Of a stretch of 64,000 nt of DNA, positions 13,647-23,528 are shown in pieces. The stretch's first letter is position 1. Each line of letters starts with the position of its first letter. The notes under the pieces are model-generated. The model saw nothing but the letters and a program-made list of their open reading frames with translations, ran no database searches and was not told where the DNA came from. A program made the position numbers and the translations under genes. The stretch is from Octopus sinensis (lineage: Eukaryota): the NCBI RefSeq assembly GCF_006345805.1, contig NC_043000.1, forward strand, positions 115,320,001 through 115,384,000. Reading direction: 5' to 3'.

Positions 13647-13903
13647 CAGTGTAATTTAAACGTATTCGTATCCCCCACCATTCTCTGTGACCACCACCAC
13701 TTTACTGATCGTCGGTTATCGTACAGCCAAGACCTTCACTCTTAAAACGGACGGACACTTGCCAAACTTGTCGCTAACCGACCACCACTCTACAAAACTC
13801 TACTCTTACCACTACAACTACAACTACTAACAACAACAACATCCCGCACGACCACCACTACTACCATCATCATTGAAGTCTTTCAGGCCAAAACTCATCT
13901 GTG
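13647..13903 (+). other. YTHDF: YTHDF 5'UTR part of the ATG-containing exon (tandem TAG/CAG acceptor)
   Basis: Pyrimidine tract tttttctttttcctttctagcag at 13627-13649 precedes a C/A-rich leader that runs into the ATG. Confidence 0.5.
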
Positions 13904-13924
13904 ATGTCTGCCAGTGTAGATCAG
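13904..13924 (+). CDS. YTHDF: YTH domain family protein (YTHDF-like m6A reader), first coding exon MSASVDQ
   Basis: ATG TCT GCC AGT GTA GAT CAG|GTAAAA, phase 0. It matches the recalled vertebrate YTHDF start (YTHDF3 MSATSVDQ, YTHDF2 MSASSLLEQ) and joins in frame to 55127. Confidence 0.85.
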
Positions 13925-14058
13925 GTAAAAAAATTTATACACATGCTCAACACCTTATTTATATATATATACCCACAACCTACTTCCTATTCCTACCACC
14001 TCTCCATTCTTTCATGTTTTTCAATCTTCGAGCTGTGACCATGCTGGGGTATGTCATA

Positions 14059-14280
14059 AGGCGGCGAGCTGGCAGAACCGTTAGCACGCCGGGCGAAGTA
14101 CTTAGCAGCATTTCGTCTGTCGCTACGTTCTGAGTTCAAATTCCGCCGAGGTCGACTTTGCCTTTCATCCTTCCGGAGTCGATTAAATAAGTACCAGTTA
14201 CGCATATAATCGACTTAATCCCTCTGCCTGTCCTTGTTTGTCCTCTCTGTGTTTAGCCCCTTGTGGGTAGTAAAGAAATA
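14059..14280 (+). mobile_element. CORE-type SINE family B
   Basis: Head GGCGGCGAGCTGGCAGAA, B box GAGTTCAAATT and CORE-like GCCTTTCATCCTTCCGGAGTCGATTAAATAAGTACCAG. TSD GGTATGTCATA. Confidence 0.9.
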
Positions 14281-16224
14281 GGTATGTCATATATATTCCC
14301 ACTTACTTCCTCTTCGTTTTCCTACACCCTCCTTTTGTATTGTTTTATGTTCTCAAACTTCGGATCTGTAACCATGTTCAGGCAGCTCATAATTTGTACG
14401 TATTTATTTCAGAAAGATACATCAAAACAAACCCTTTCTATCAATGTTTTGATTTTCTATCTCGCCCGAAACCTGCAGACTTACAAACCACATTCGTTCA
14501 TCTACCCTAGCAGTGTTTGTTATATATTATAAATTAACCAATTTATGGGAGATATCACTCGTTTATAGGTAATCAACAATGATAAACAACCGAATTCAGT
14601 CGTTATCTGAGCTGTCGTTGCTTATATACTCGCTGTACTTAGTTTTAGGAGTCAGTTAAAATAGTTTTAAAAAACCATTTTAACTTCTCGATGTGATCTG
14701 CTCTATCCACATGCATTGATATTTACCGAAACAACAATTCAGTCGTTTGTGATGACTTGTTTGCTATTCTGGGTATAAATTTAGTTGTCTATTTTTACAG
14801 AATGCATTGCGTTTGTGTGTGTTTAAGGTACATAGATTTCCACGAAAGTATACCCATACATTATCTTTGTGTGTGTGTGTGTGTAGGCGGATTTTTGGAA
14901 TAGCTGTTTCTTTGAAGTCCCTGTACCTCATGGGGAAAAGGAAACCGTATGCAAACGAGAGGCGGGAGTAAACACTTGTAAAATAAAATTTTGGAAAATT
15001 TGTTTTTCAGCATCCGTATGTATGAAAGTAGGTGTACTAAATAAATAAAACTGGAAAAAAACCTCTATCCTTTCCGTTTCCCATTAAAAGCATGTGTGTG
15101 TGTGTTTGTATATATATATATCGACGTCAACAACAAAATCAACACTAGAAGAAATGGTCCTCGAAAATGTCAATTAGCAATGTTAATTATAAATAATAAA
15201 GGTATTCGTCATCATCATCATCGTTTAACGTCCGCTTTCCATGCTAGCATGGGTTGGACGATTTTGACTGAGGGCTGGCGAACCAGAAGGCCGCACCAGG
15301 CTCCAATCTTGATCTGGTAGAGCTTCTACAGCTGGATGCCCTTCCTAACGCCAACCACTCCGAGTGTGTAGTGGGTGCTTTTACGTGCCACTGGCACGGG
15401 GGCCAGTCAGGTGGTACTGGCAATGATCTCGCTCGAATCTTTTTACACGTGCCACCGGCACAGGTGCCAGTAAGGTGACGCTGATAACGATCACGTATTG
15501 AGTTAATAAAATCGGCTTACCCCTACACGCATAAAAATAAAAAAAAAAGAACCCAAGTTCCTCCCAAAAAACCATATAGGGAAGGTAAATTTGTCGTCAA
15601 ATGCTACGACAAAAGGAAATATATTCACACAGACATATCCACAGCTGAGTTACAGAAATCCGTGTATTTACGAAGGCTATTTTTCACCTCACGTTAATCA
15701 CATGTTACTAATCACACACATGTTCTCTATTACAGCCTTCTATATTGCAGGGTTGACTTTTTCTACCCGATTATATATACACATAATGCATATGTATGAT
15801 ACATAGTGAATATGATATATATACATATATAATGATTATACATACATACACTCACATCGTTGTTTTAATGCCCACTTTTTATATGATTGCATGTTGGCAT
15901 GATTACAGCAAATTTTGATGTCTGCTTTGGCATGGTTTTTACAACTGGATGTCCTCCCTAATGCCAACCATTTCACTGTACCATTGAGATTGCCAAGTAA
16001 CTTGTGATACAAAACCCCCTCAACTAAGGTTGATGGCTTTATGAAAGGGGATGAGTGGTTAAAGTATGATAGAGGGATAGGAACAGTTGTTTTGCTGTAG
16101 GGGAGACAGATGGTTACCTTCATTGGAATAGAGAAATGTGAATACACAAAAGCTGAATAGATTCAACAAGGTTACGTAATTGAAGAAAAGAAAAAGAATT
16201 TACGAAAGGAAAAATTTAATTGGA

Positions 16225-16638
16225 AATAATGAATTTCTAAATGTCTCTAGGAGACATGAGCAGTGGTGGAGCGATAGAGTGGTTGTATACTGTCAACATA
16301 AAGTGACAGTCCCGTAAAGGGAATTACACCACCGCTATTTAGCCCTAGGAAGCACCAACGCTTCCTGTTGGCTTTGACACATTTCCTGTGTCCTTATATT
16401 TGCGAAGGAGAGGCAAGCACCCCCACCAGCTAGGACTAGCAACCTGAAGACATGCATGTTTCTGGGTCTTGCCCATCATCAGTCAGGGTAGCAAGTCCTG
16501 CTAGTTGAGATACCTGCCAAGCCTTCGCAAATATATATATTTACAGTGAAATCTATTCACTGGTCACCGTAATTAGAAATATTGAATTTCTAAATGTCTC
16601 AAAGAGACATGAGCGGCGGTGGAGCGATAGAGTGGTTT
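16225..16638 (-). mobile_element. Retrozyme-like element: 353-nt monomer plus 60-bp terminal redundancy, 12-bp TSD
   Basis: TSD AATTTAATTGGA at 16213-16224 and 16639-16650. Direct repeat 16225-16284 = 16578-16637. Internal hammerhead and many hairpins, no ORF. Confidence 0.8.
16443..16487 (-). ncRNA. Type I hammerhead ribozyme
   Basis: Minus strand reads CCUGA-CUGAUGA-UGGG(CAAGA)CCCA-GAAA-CAUGCAUG-UC^U-UCAGG. All core nucleotides are intact, with predicted GUC cleavage after 16449. Confidence 0.8.
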
Positions 16639-18249
16639 AATTTAATTGGACTTTGTTAAATTACACTGCTCACTAATTGGACTATGTACTGAAATTGTTT
16701 AACCAATTGAATCCTTTCTTAATATTTGCAACACACATGACTTAAAAGTTTGGTTTGTGTTTGCTCCTGCAACACTTTGAAATAGTAGCCAAATATCACT
16801 CAAATCATATCCTATTATGTGTGTATATACACAAACACACTGGGCCAAAGAAAAAGACTAGATGGCTACACCCTCTAAAATCACCAGACAAAGGCTTTTC
16901 ATGATGCACCTATGTGTCTTGCTTTATATTTAAGTATATATGTTGTATGTATATATGTGTGTGTGATCCAACAAGGGAGGCCTCTGCATAGTAGCTTGAC
17001 CTAATAGAATTAGTTTTGTTTACCACTGGCCGCCGCCTTGACTGGCTTCCGTGCCAGTGGCATGTAAAAGGCACCAACCTATCATGGCCGTTGCCAGCCT
17101 CGCCTGGCATCTGTGCCGGTGGTGTGTAAAAAGCACCCACTACGCTTATGGAGTGGTTGATGTTAGGAAGGGCATCAAGCTGTAGAACCACTGCCAGATC
17201 AGACTGGAGCCTGGTGCAGCCTCCTGGCTTCCCAGACCCCGGTCGAACCGTCCAACCCATGCTAGCATGGAAAACGAACGTTAAACGATGATGAGGATGA
17301 TAACATTTCTTTATATATTTGAGTTCATGTCTGGTTGTACAACATAAGCAAAAACAAACTGGGTATATTCTTTAAAAAACTGAAATATAGATAGCTAAAA
17401 CTGGGTACCACATAGAGGATATTATTAGAGGACATGTATCTATGTATACAGGCATTTCTTGTGGCTTTTTATGTTCTGTGTTCAAATTCTGCTGAGGTTG
17501 ACTTTGCTTTCATCCTTTCTGGGTCAGTATGTACCAGCTGAGCACTGGGATCGGTGTCATCATCTAGTCCTATCCCACCGAATTTCAGGCTTTGTACCTA
17601 TATTTTCTATAAGAGTAGCAAGCTGGTAGAATAGTTAGCACACCTGGCAAAATCCTTAGCAGCATTTCATCCATATATGTTCTGAGTTCAAATTCCAACA
17701 AGGCCAACTTGTCTTTCATTCTTTTGGGGTTGATAAAATGAATACCAGTTGAGCACTGGGGTTGATGTAATTAACTAGCCCCTCCCCCAAAATTTAGGGC
17801 CTTGTACTTATATAGTAGAAAGGATTATTATTATTGATGATGTTACGCAGTATTCAATATTGTGTGTACTAGGGTTTTGTGCTGGCTGTCAAGTCACAAG
17901 GGCCTCAGACAGACAACACTTTATGCAGTATGTGTGCAGTTCTAAGTAAAGCCATGGCACACAGAAAGCACCATTTGAGTGTGGTCATTGCCAGTGCCGC
18001 TTGACTGGCTCTCATGCTGGTGGCATGTGAAATGCAACATTCAAGCGTGGCTGATGCCAGTACCGCCTGACTGGCCCTTGTGCTGGTGGAACATAAAAAG
18101 CACCCACGACACTCGGAGTGGTTGGCTTTAGGAAGGGTATCCAGCTGTAGAAACAATACCAGATCAGATTGGAGCCTGGTGCATTTCCTGGCTTGCCAAC
18201 CCATGCCATCATGGAAAGCAGACGTAAAACGACGATGAAGATGATGATG

Positions 18250-18530
18250 TAGGCTATTTCTAAAGTGTCCAAATGTTTCTTCAGGTTGGGTGGTATTGTA
18301 CCCAATGCTCCAATGACAAGATGTGGTAGCTGTGAGAGTCAATTTTCAAGTCTTCATATTGTCAACCATTTCTCTTTCATGACAACATGTTGATCTCCTG
18401 GCAATGCTATGTTAATTGTTAGGCACTGTTGTCCCTCTTAAAGGCTACTATATCTAACCTTCAGTGCCCTAACACCTAGTCTGTCTGTATGTCAAAGTCT
18501 AAGAGAATCTTTGCTTTGCCATTTTCATTC
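18250..18530 (-). mobile_element. Degenerate RLE-type (R4/Dong-like) non-LTR retrotransposon endonuclease fragment
   Basis: Translation with stops: ENGKAKILLDFDIQTD*VLGH*RLDIV..INIALPGDQHVVMKEK..GTIPPNLKKHLDTLEI. Confidence 0.65.
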
Positions 18531-18544
18531 AATCAAAAATCAAA

Positions 18545-19100
18545 ATCAAATTCGATGACTGGCGTCCATGCTAGCGGGGTGCAAAGATCACCAAATGAGT
18601 GTGATCATTGACAGAGCGGCTAACTGGCCTCCATGCCGGTGGCACGTAAAAGACACCATTTGAGCATGATTGTTACCAGCATCGCCTTACTGGTACCTAC
18701 ACCGGTGGCATGTGTAAAAAGATTCGAGCCTGATCATTGCCAGAATGGCTATCTGGCCTCCGTGCTGGTGTCACGTAAAACACACCATTCGAGCGTGATC
18801 ATTACCTGCATCGTCTTACTGGCACGTGAAAAAACATTCTAGCAAGGTTGTTGCCAGTGCCAGTGGCACATAAAAAACACCATATGAGCGTGGTCGTTGC
18901 CAGTACAGCCTGACTGGCCCTGTGCCGGTAGCACATACAAAGCACCCACTACACTCCTGGAGTGGTTGGCATTAGGAAGGGCATCCAGCTGTAGAAACTT
19001 TGCCAGATCAGATTGGAGCCTGGTGCAGCCATCTGGTTCGCCAGCCCTCAGTCAAATCGTCCAACCCATTCTAGCATGGAAAGCGGACGTTAAATGATGA
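18545..19100 (+). mobile_element. (GAT)n-tailed retroposon family C with 5' tandem array (copies 1-190, 4325-4520, 8220-8690 -, 15208-15495 -, 17020-17300, 17960-18250, 24545-24855, 46878-47312, 49303-49695, 53905-54250, 62270-62450)
   Basis: Constant 3' part GGTTGGCRTTAGGAAGGGCATCCAGCTGTAGAAAC...CGTTAAACGATGATG, with a variable number of GGCACGTAAAA.GCACC units upstream. Confidence 0.85.
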
Positions 19101-19494
19101 TATATATATATATATATTGGTGCAGGAGTGGCTGTGTGTTAAGTAGCTTGCTTACTAACCACATGATTCCAGGTTCAGTCCCACTATGTATATATACACA
19201 CACACACACACATGTTATGCACATACTCCACATATTCTTGTTTCTTTTTTCTTGCTTATTTCTTTCTTGCTCCACTTTGATAAAGACTTCACCCAAAATG
19301 TCAGCCTGTTTCTTCTTTTGCTTTCTTTCAGTCTGCTATTCGCTGTGCATAACATTTTATGTATTCTTTGTTTACATTTCAACCAATATCTTTTGAATTT
19401 TTGTCCACCTGTTGAAACATCTCCAGTTGTCCAATCGCTCTGTCTCTTATTCTCCTTGTTCCATTTCTACTATATATATATAGTATGGGTCATA

Positions 19495-19793
19495 ACGCCG
19501 GGTCATAGTGCTAGTGCATGCACATACACGCGAGTACTGTCCAAATCTCTGACCAATCACCTACAGCTAGCTGGCATTCAATTGGCATATCAAGTTTCGA
19601 GCATTTTGATTGGGTTTTGGATAGAAAATTCACAAAACAGTCACTTCTATTGATTTTTTAATGGCTTTGTGGTGTGACTGGGGAAATGTAAAGATATACA
19701 CGACCACCCTTGGACGGTTTTGAATGACCATAGAAAGTGCGAGCCCTCTAACTGAAAAATTGTGGATTTGTATAAACAACAGACATTTTACCG

Positions 19794-19800
<7 letters not shown>
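19495..19800 (-). mobile_element. Non-autonomous Helitron, same family as 51074-51416
   Basis: Reverse-complement similarity (e.g. gagccctctaactgaaaaattgtggatttgtataaa). Confidence 0.7.
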
Positions 19801-19838
<38 letters not shown>

Positions 19839-19842
19839 CATA

Positions 19843-20350
19843 CAGGGGTTGGGCAAAATAATGGAAACACCTTAAAATTTCAAACAAATTCATTTTAATA
19901 TAGGGTAGGACTGCTTTTGGTAGTAATTACAGCTTGAATTCTACAAGGTATGGACTCATACAAAGTTTGAATTGTTTCCAAAGGAATTTTTGTCCATTCC
20001 TCAACTAAAACAGTCTCCAGTTCTTGTAGTGATGTTGGTGGAGGACATTGGCTCCTTATTTGCTTTTCTAAAATGCACCATAAATGTTCAATAATATTGA
20101 GATCTGGGGACTGTGGTGGCCAGATAAGATGTTCAACTTCACTAGAATGTTCCTCGTGCCATTCAGTAACAACTTTAGCTGTGTGAATTGGTGCATTATC
20201 ATCCTGAAAGATTGCGTTTCCCTCTGGAAACAGTTCTGCAAACAGAGGATGAATTTGATCAGATAAAATGCTTAAATAGTCCTGACTATTAATTCTGCCA
20301 TGAAGGGAAACCACTGGGCCAGTGGAATCACAAGATAATGCACTCATCAT
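19843..20350 (-). mobile_element. Tc1-like transposon 3' half, DD36E spacing
   Basis: TA|CAGGGGTTGGGCAAAATAATGGAAACACC TIR. The ORF contains FQDDNAPIH...WPPQSPDLNIIEHLW. Confidence 0.88.
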
Positions 20351-20453
20351 TGGTCATTCATAAAGGAGTGTTACTCCTAAACAAAAGAACACTTGTTTTG
20401 CTTTAACATGTCATGATAAATGGCACCCTTCATATCTCACCAAACACAACATA

Positions 20454-20780
20454 GGAATATTTGAAGGATCAAGTCTGCGTTGGCTGGGGTTATGCCTTCT
20501 GTCGTCAACCAGGAGAATTCATCTATGAAGCAATTGCCCCAGCTCCTCTTCAGGGTTGGCGAAAGTGATGTGGTGGACAACGGAAAACCTGGCTGATCTG
20601 GAACCCGACTTAGGCCCCCATATCTATGGCGTTCGCCGCTGGAATAAGGAATGGTTGGAGATCACTCGGTTGTTAGCCTCAAATCGCCAGGTCTGGTCGG
20701 CGCATTTGTGAGAGATGCAGCATTGAGGATGAATGAAGCCAGCTCAACCTACCCTGGGTGAATGCTGTCTCAAGTCAAGT
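20454..20780 (+). mobile_element. RTE-like LINE 3' fragment with (CAAGT)n tail
   Basis: 13-bp TSD CAAACACAACATA at 20441-20453 and 20781-20793. Coding remnant ..GVRRWNKEWLEI..NRQVW. Confidence 0.75.
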
Positions 20781-21479
20781 CAAACACAACATAACTTGTT
20801 TTATGTCTAATTCTGGTTTGGGGACAGATTCTTCTTTTTCATTGGAAGTTAATCATTGTCATTTTCATTGGATATGATTATAGAGATCCTATTTTTCATC
20901 ACTTGTGATGATTCTACCCAAGAAAGGTTCAGCAGCCAGTCTACTCTTTAACCCTTTAGCATTCAGATAACTGTGTTAAATGCAGTGCTTATTTATCCAC
21001 CTTGTTTTCAATTAATCATGCATTGTCTCATAGCTTTGAGATTTCAGAGAGGTGATTATTTAGTCTGAGAGTGGCATTGTAGAGGAGGTGTGAGAGGCCA
21101 GATCTGGCCACTTTCAACATAAAATAGTCAGAATATTTTGGCTGGAAAAACTGGCTAAACCATTGTTGGCATGTCCTGATACTTATAACATTCATTTCCA
21201 TAGACAGAATGAATATTTCTTGCTGCTTCTGTTGCTGAAAAGCTCTTTATAAATTCAAACAGCATGCAATATCTGATATGGATCTGATCTAAACTCCTTT
21301 TAAAAGAGTAAAATTCATACAAATTTAATCATCCTGGTATAAAATAATCAGCAGAGAAAGGAGAAGACAGAATTTAAAAGTTAATGTTTATTTTTTTGTA
21401 AGTATTGAAAAACTACCGTCAAATTGATCATGCCAAAAATGTGACAGGACTTTCTTTCCACCTTATTATTTATGAATGT

Positions 21480-21855
21480 GAAGGCACAATGGCCCAGTCG
21501 TTAGGGCAACTGACTTGCTGTCATAAGATTGCAGTTTCAATTCCCAGACCAGGCATATGTGAGTGTTTATTGAGTGAAAACATTTAAAACTCCACAAGGC
21601 TCCAGCAGGTGGTGGTGGCAAACCCTTCTGTACCCTTTCACTACAACTTTCTCTCACTCTTCCTGTTTCTGTTATGCCTGTTTTTCAAAGGGCCAGCCTT
21701 GTCACACCTTGTGTCACACTGAATCTCCCTGATAACTATATTAAGGGTACACATATCTGGAGTGCTCAGCCACTTGCACATTAATTTCACGAGGAGGCTG
21801 TTCTGTTGATAGGATCAACTGGAACCCTCTTTGTATTAACCAGTGGAGTGCTGTA
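21480..21855 (+). mobile_element. Additional tRNA-derived SINE family (its head also starts at 63976-64000)
   Basis: Head GGC(A/G)CAATGGCCCAGT(C/G)GTTAGG with A-box and degenerate B-box. Confidence 0.6.
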
Positions 21856-22159
21856 GTAATTTATGAATACACACACACACACGAATAGGGATTCAAAAAA
21901 TAAAACAGAACTCATGGTAAGCCCATAAAATCTTATTCATTGTTACAACACAACTATATATGTGCATCTATAGGCATATTTATGTGTGTAGGATACTTTA
22001 GCTTTGCTGATGTAACTGGATTAAGATTATGAAACAGCTGTCAACAAATGAAATAATTCATGTCCCACTTCTGTGAATTTTACTCAATTGTGTGGTTAAG
22101 AAGCTTGTTTTAATAGGTTTCACTTTCTTTATATATTTTACTTTCACTGTGTATTTGTA

Positions 22160-22449
22160 TACATGTTTGTGTGTGTGTATATATTTATATATGTATGTAT
22201 ATGTGTATATATATATATATGTGTGTGTGTGTATGTATATATATATATATGTGTGTGTGTATATGTATGTATATATATATATGTGCGTGTATGTATATAT
22301 GTATGCATATATATGTGTGTATATATATGTATACATTTATTTATGTATATATATGTGTATACTATGTGTGTAAACTGATACATCTGTTGTTTACACACCT
22401 GTCTTCATCCTTTGTTTTTTTTTGTAAATTCCAACTATATATGCATATT

Positions 22450-22527
<78 letters not shown>

Positions 22528-22560
22528 AAATAATTGGCACACATATATATATATATATAT
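22160..22560. repeat. Compound (TA)n/(TG)n microsatellites (also 5535-5650, 7048-7245, 19795-19840, 34500-34570, 51990-52045)
   Basis: Seen directly. These explain the Y/I/H/T-rich spurious ORFs. Confidence 0.95.
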
Positions 22561-22568
22561 GTGGGTAT

Positions 22569-22780
22569 ATAATATGTGACAATTATTCGGTAGCCATGAT
22601 AAAACTCAGGGTTTTGGGTGTCCAGTCGGAAACTCGCACCAGCATCTCTTCAGTTATCAGGCTGTCAAAAAATGCCTTTTTTGATGGCCTGATAACTGGA
22701 GAGATGCTAGTTCGGATTTCTGACCTGACATCCGAAACTCTGAGTTTTATCATGGCTACCAAATAATTGTCACATTATAT
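22569..22780. repeat. 212-bp palindrome of two inverted hammerhead-like (Penelope-type) terminal repeats
   Basis: The arms ataatatgtgacaattattcggtagccatgataaaactcag... and ...ctgagttttatcatggctaccaaataattgtcacatattat are inverted. Each arm has a CUGA(A)GA...GAAA-like core. Confidence 0.7.
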
Positions 22781-23156
22781 TAACAAATAAATTCCTCTGT
22801 TTACATGATATTGAGGTCTCTTTCATTCTTTTGTTGTCTTAGCATTGCCTATAGTTTATCAACTGAAATCCGCTCCAGTATCAACTGAAGTCTTTTGCAA
22901 ATTGTTACGTTGTAAAGCATCTACAAACTCAGTTTATTTCTTCAGTAACTCATAGAATAGATGTGTAGTTAATAAACCTTTGGGGTTTATAAATAAGGAA
23001 TTAATGGAACAGGCATTCGTTTTTTACATCTTTTAATTAACCCTTTAGCATTCAAACAAGCCATATCTGGCCCAAATATTCTATGTACTTTATGTTTAAA
23101 CCATCTAGATTCAGCCTCTCATACCAAACCTACAATGTCATTCTAAAAATAAAACA

Positions 23157-23528
23157 GGCGTAGGAGTGGCTGTGTGGTAAGTAGCTTGCTTACCAACCAC
23201 ATGGTTCCGGGTTCAGTCCCACTGCGTGGCATCTTGGGCAAGTGTCTTCTACTATAGCCTCGGGCCGACCAAAGCCTTGTGAGTGGATTTGGTAGACGGA
23301 AACTGAAAGAAGCCCGTCGTATATATGTATGTTTGTTCCCCCAACATCGCTTGACAACCGATGCTGGTGTGTTTATGTCCCTGTAACTTAGCGGTTTGGC
23401 AAAAGAGACCGATAGAATAAGTACTAGGCTTACAAAGAATAAGTCCTGGGGTCGATTTGCTTGACCAAAGGTGGTGCTCCAGCATGGCCACAGTTAAATG
23501 ACTGAAACAAATAAAAGAGTAAAAGAGA
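23157..23528 (+). mobile_element. tRNA-derived SINE family A inserted in a piggyBac MITE
   Basis: Match to 278-662. The MITE halves flank it. Confidence 0.88.

Noticed and set aside
14578-14755. Duplicated AAACAAC..AATTCAGTCGTT motif followed by CTGA/GTGA, resembling box C/D snoRNA ends
   Set aside because: No canonical RTGATGA C box or terminal stem at a suitable distance, and no target recognised.
16444-16462. Plus-strand CTGAAGA suggesting a hammerhead in both polarities
   Set aside because: It is not followed by stem II and GAAA. It is just the complement of stem I and the cleavage site.
18600-18950. Tandem GGCACGTAAAA units as a CRISPR array
   Set aside because: Eukaryotic context, degenerate repeats and mutually similar spacers. 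It is part of a retroposon.
22058-22582. Numerous Y/I/H/T/C/V-rich ORFs here and near 5.5, 7.1 and 34.4 kb, and S/L/F-rich ORFs at 30.8 kb
   Set aside because: They are translations of microsatellites and low-complexity tracts.
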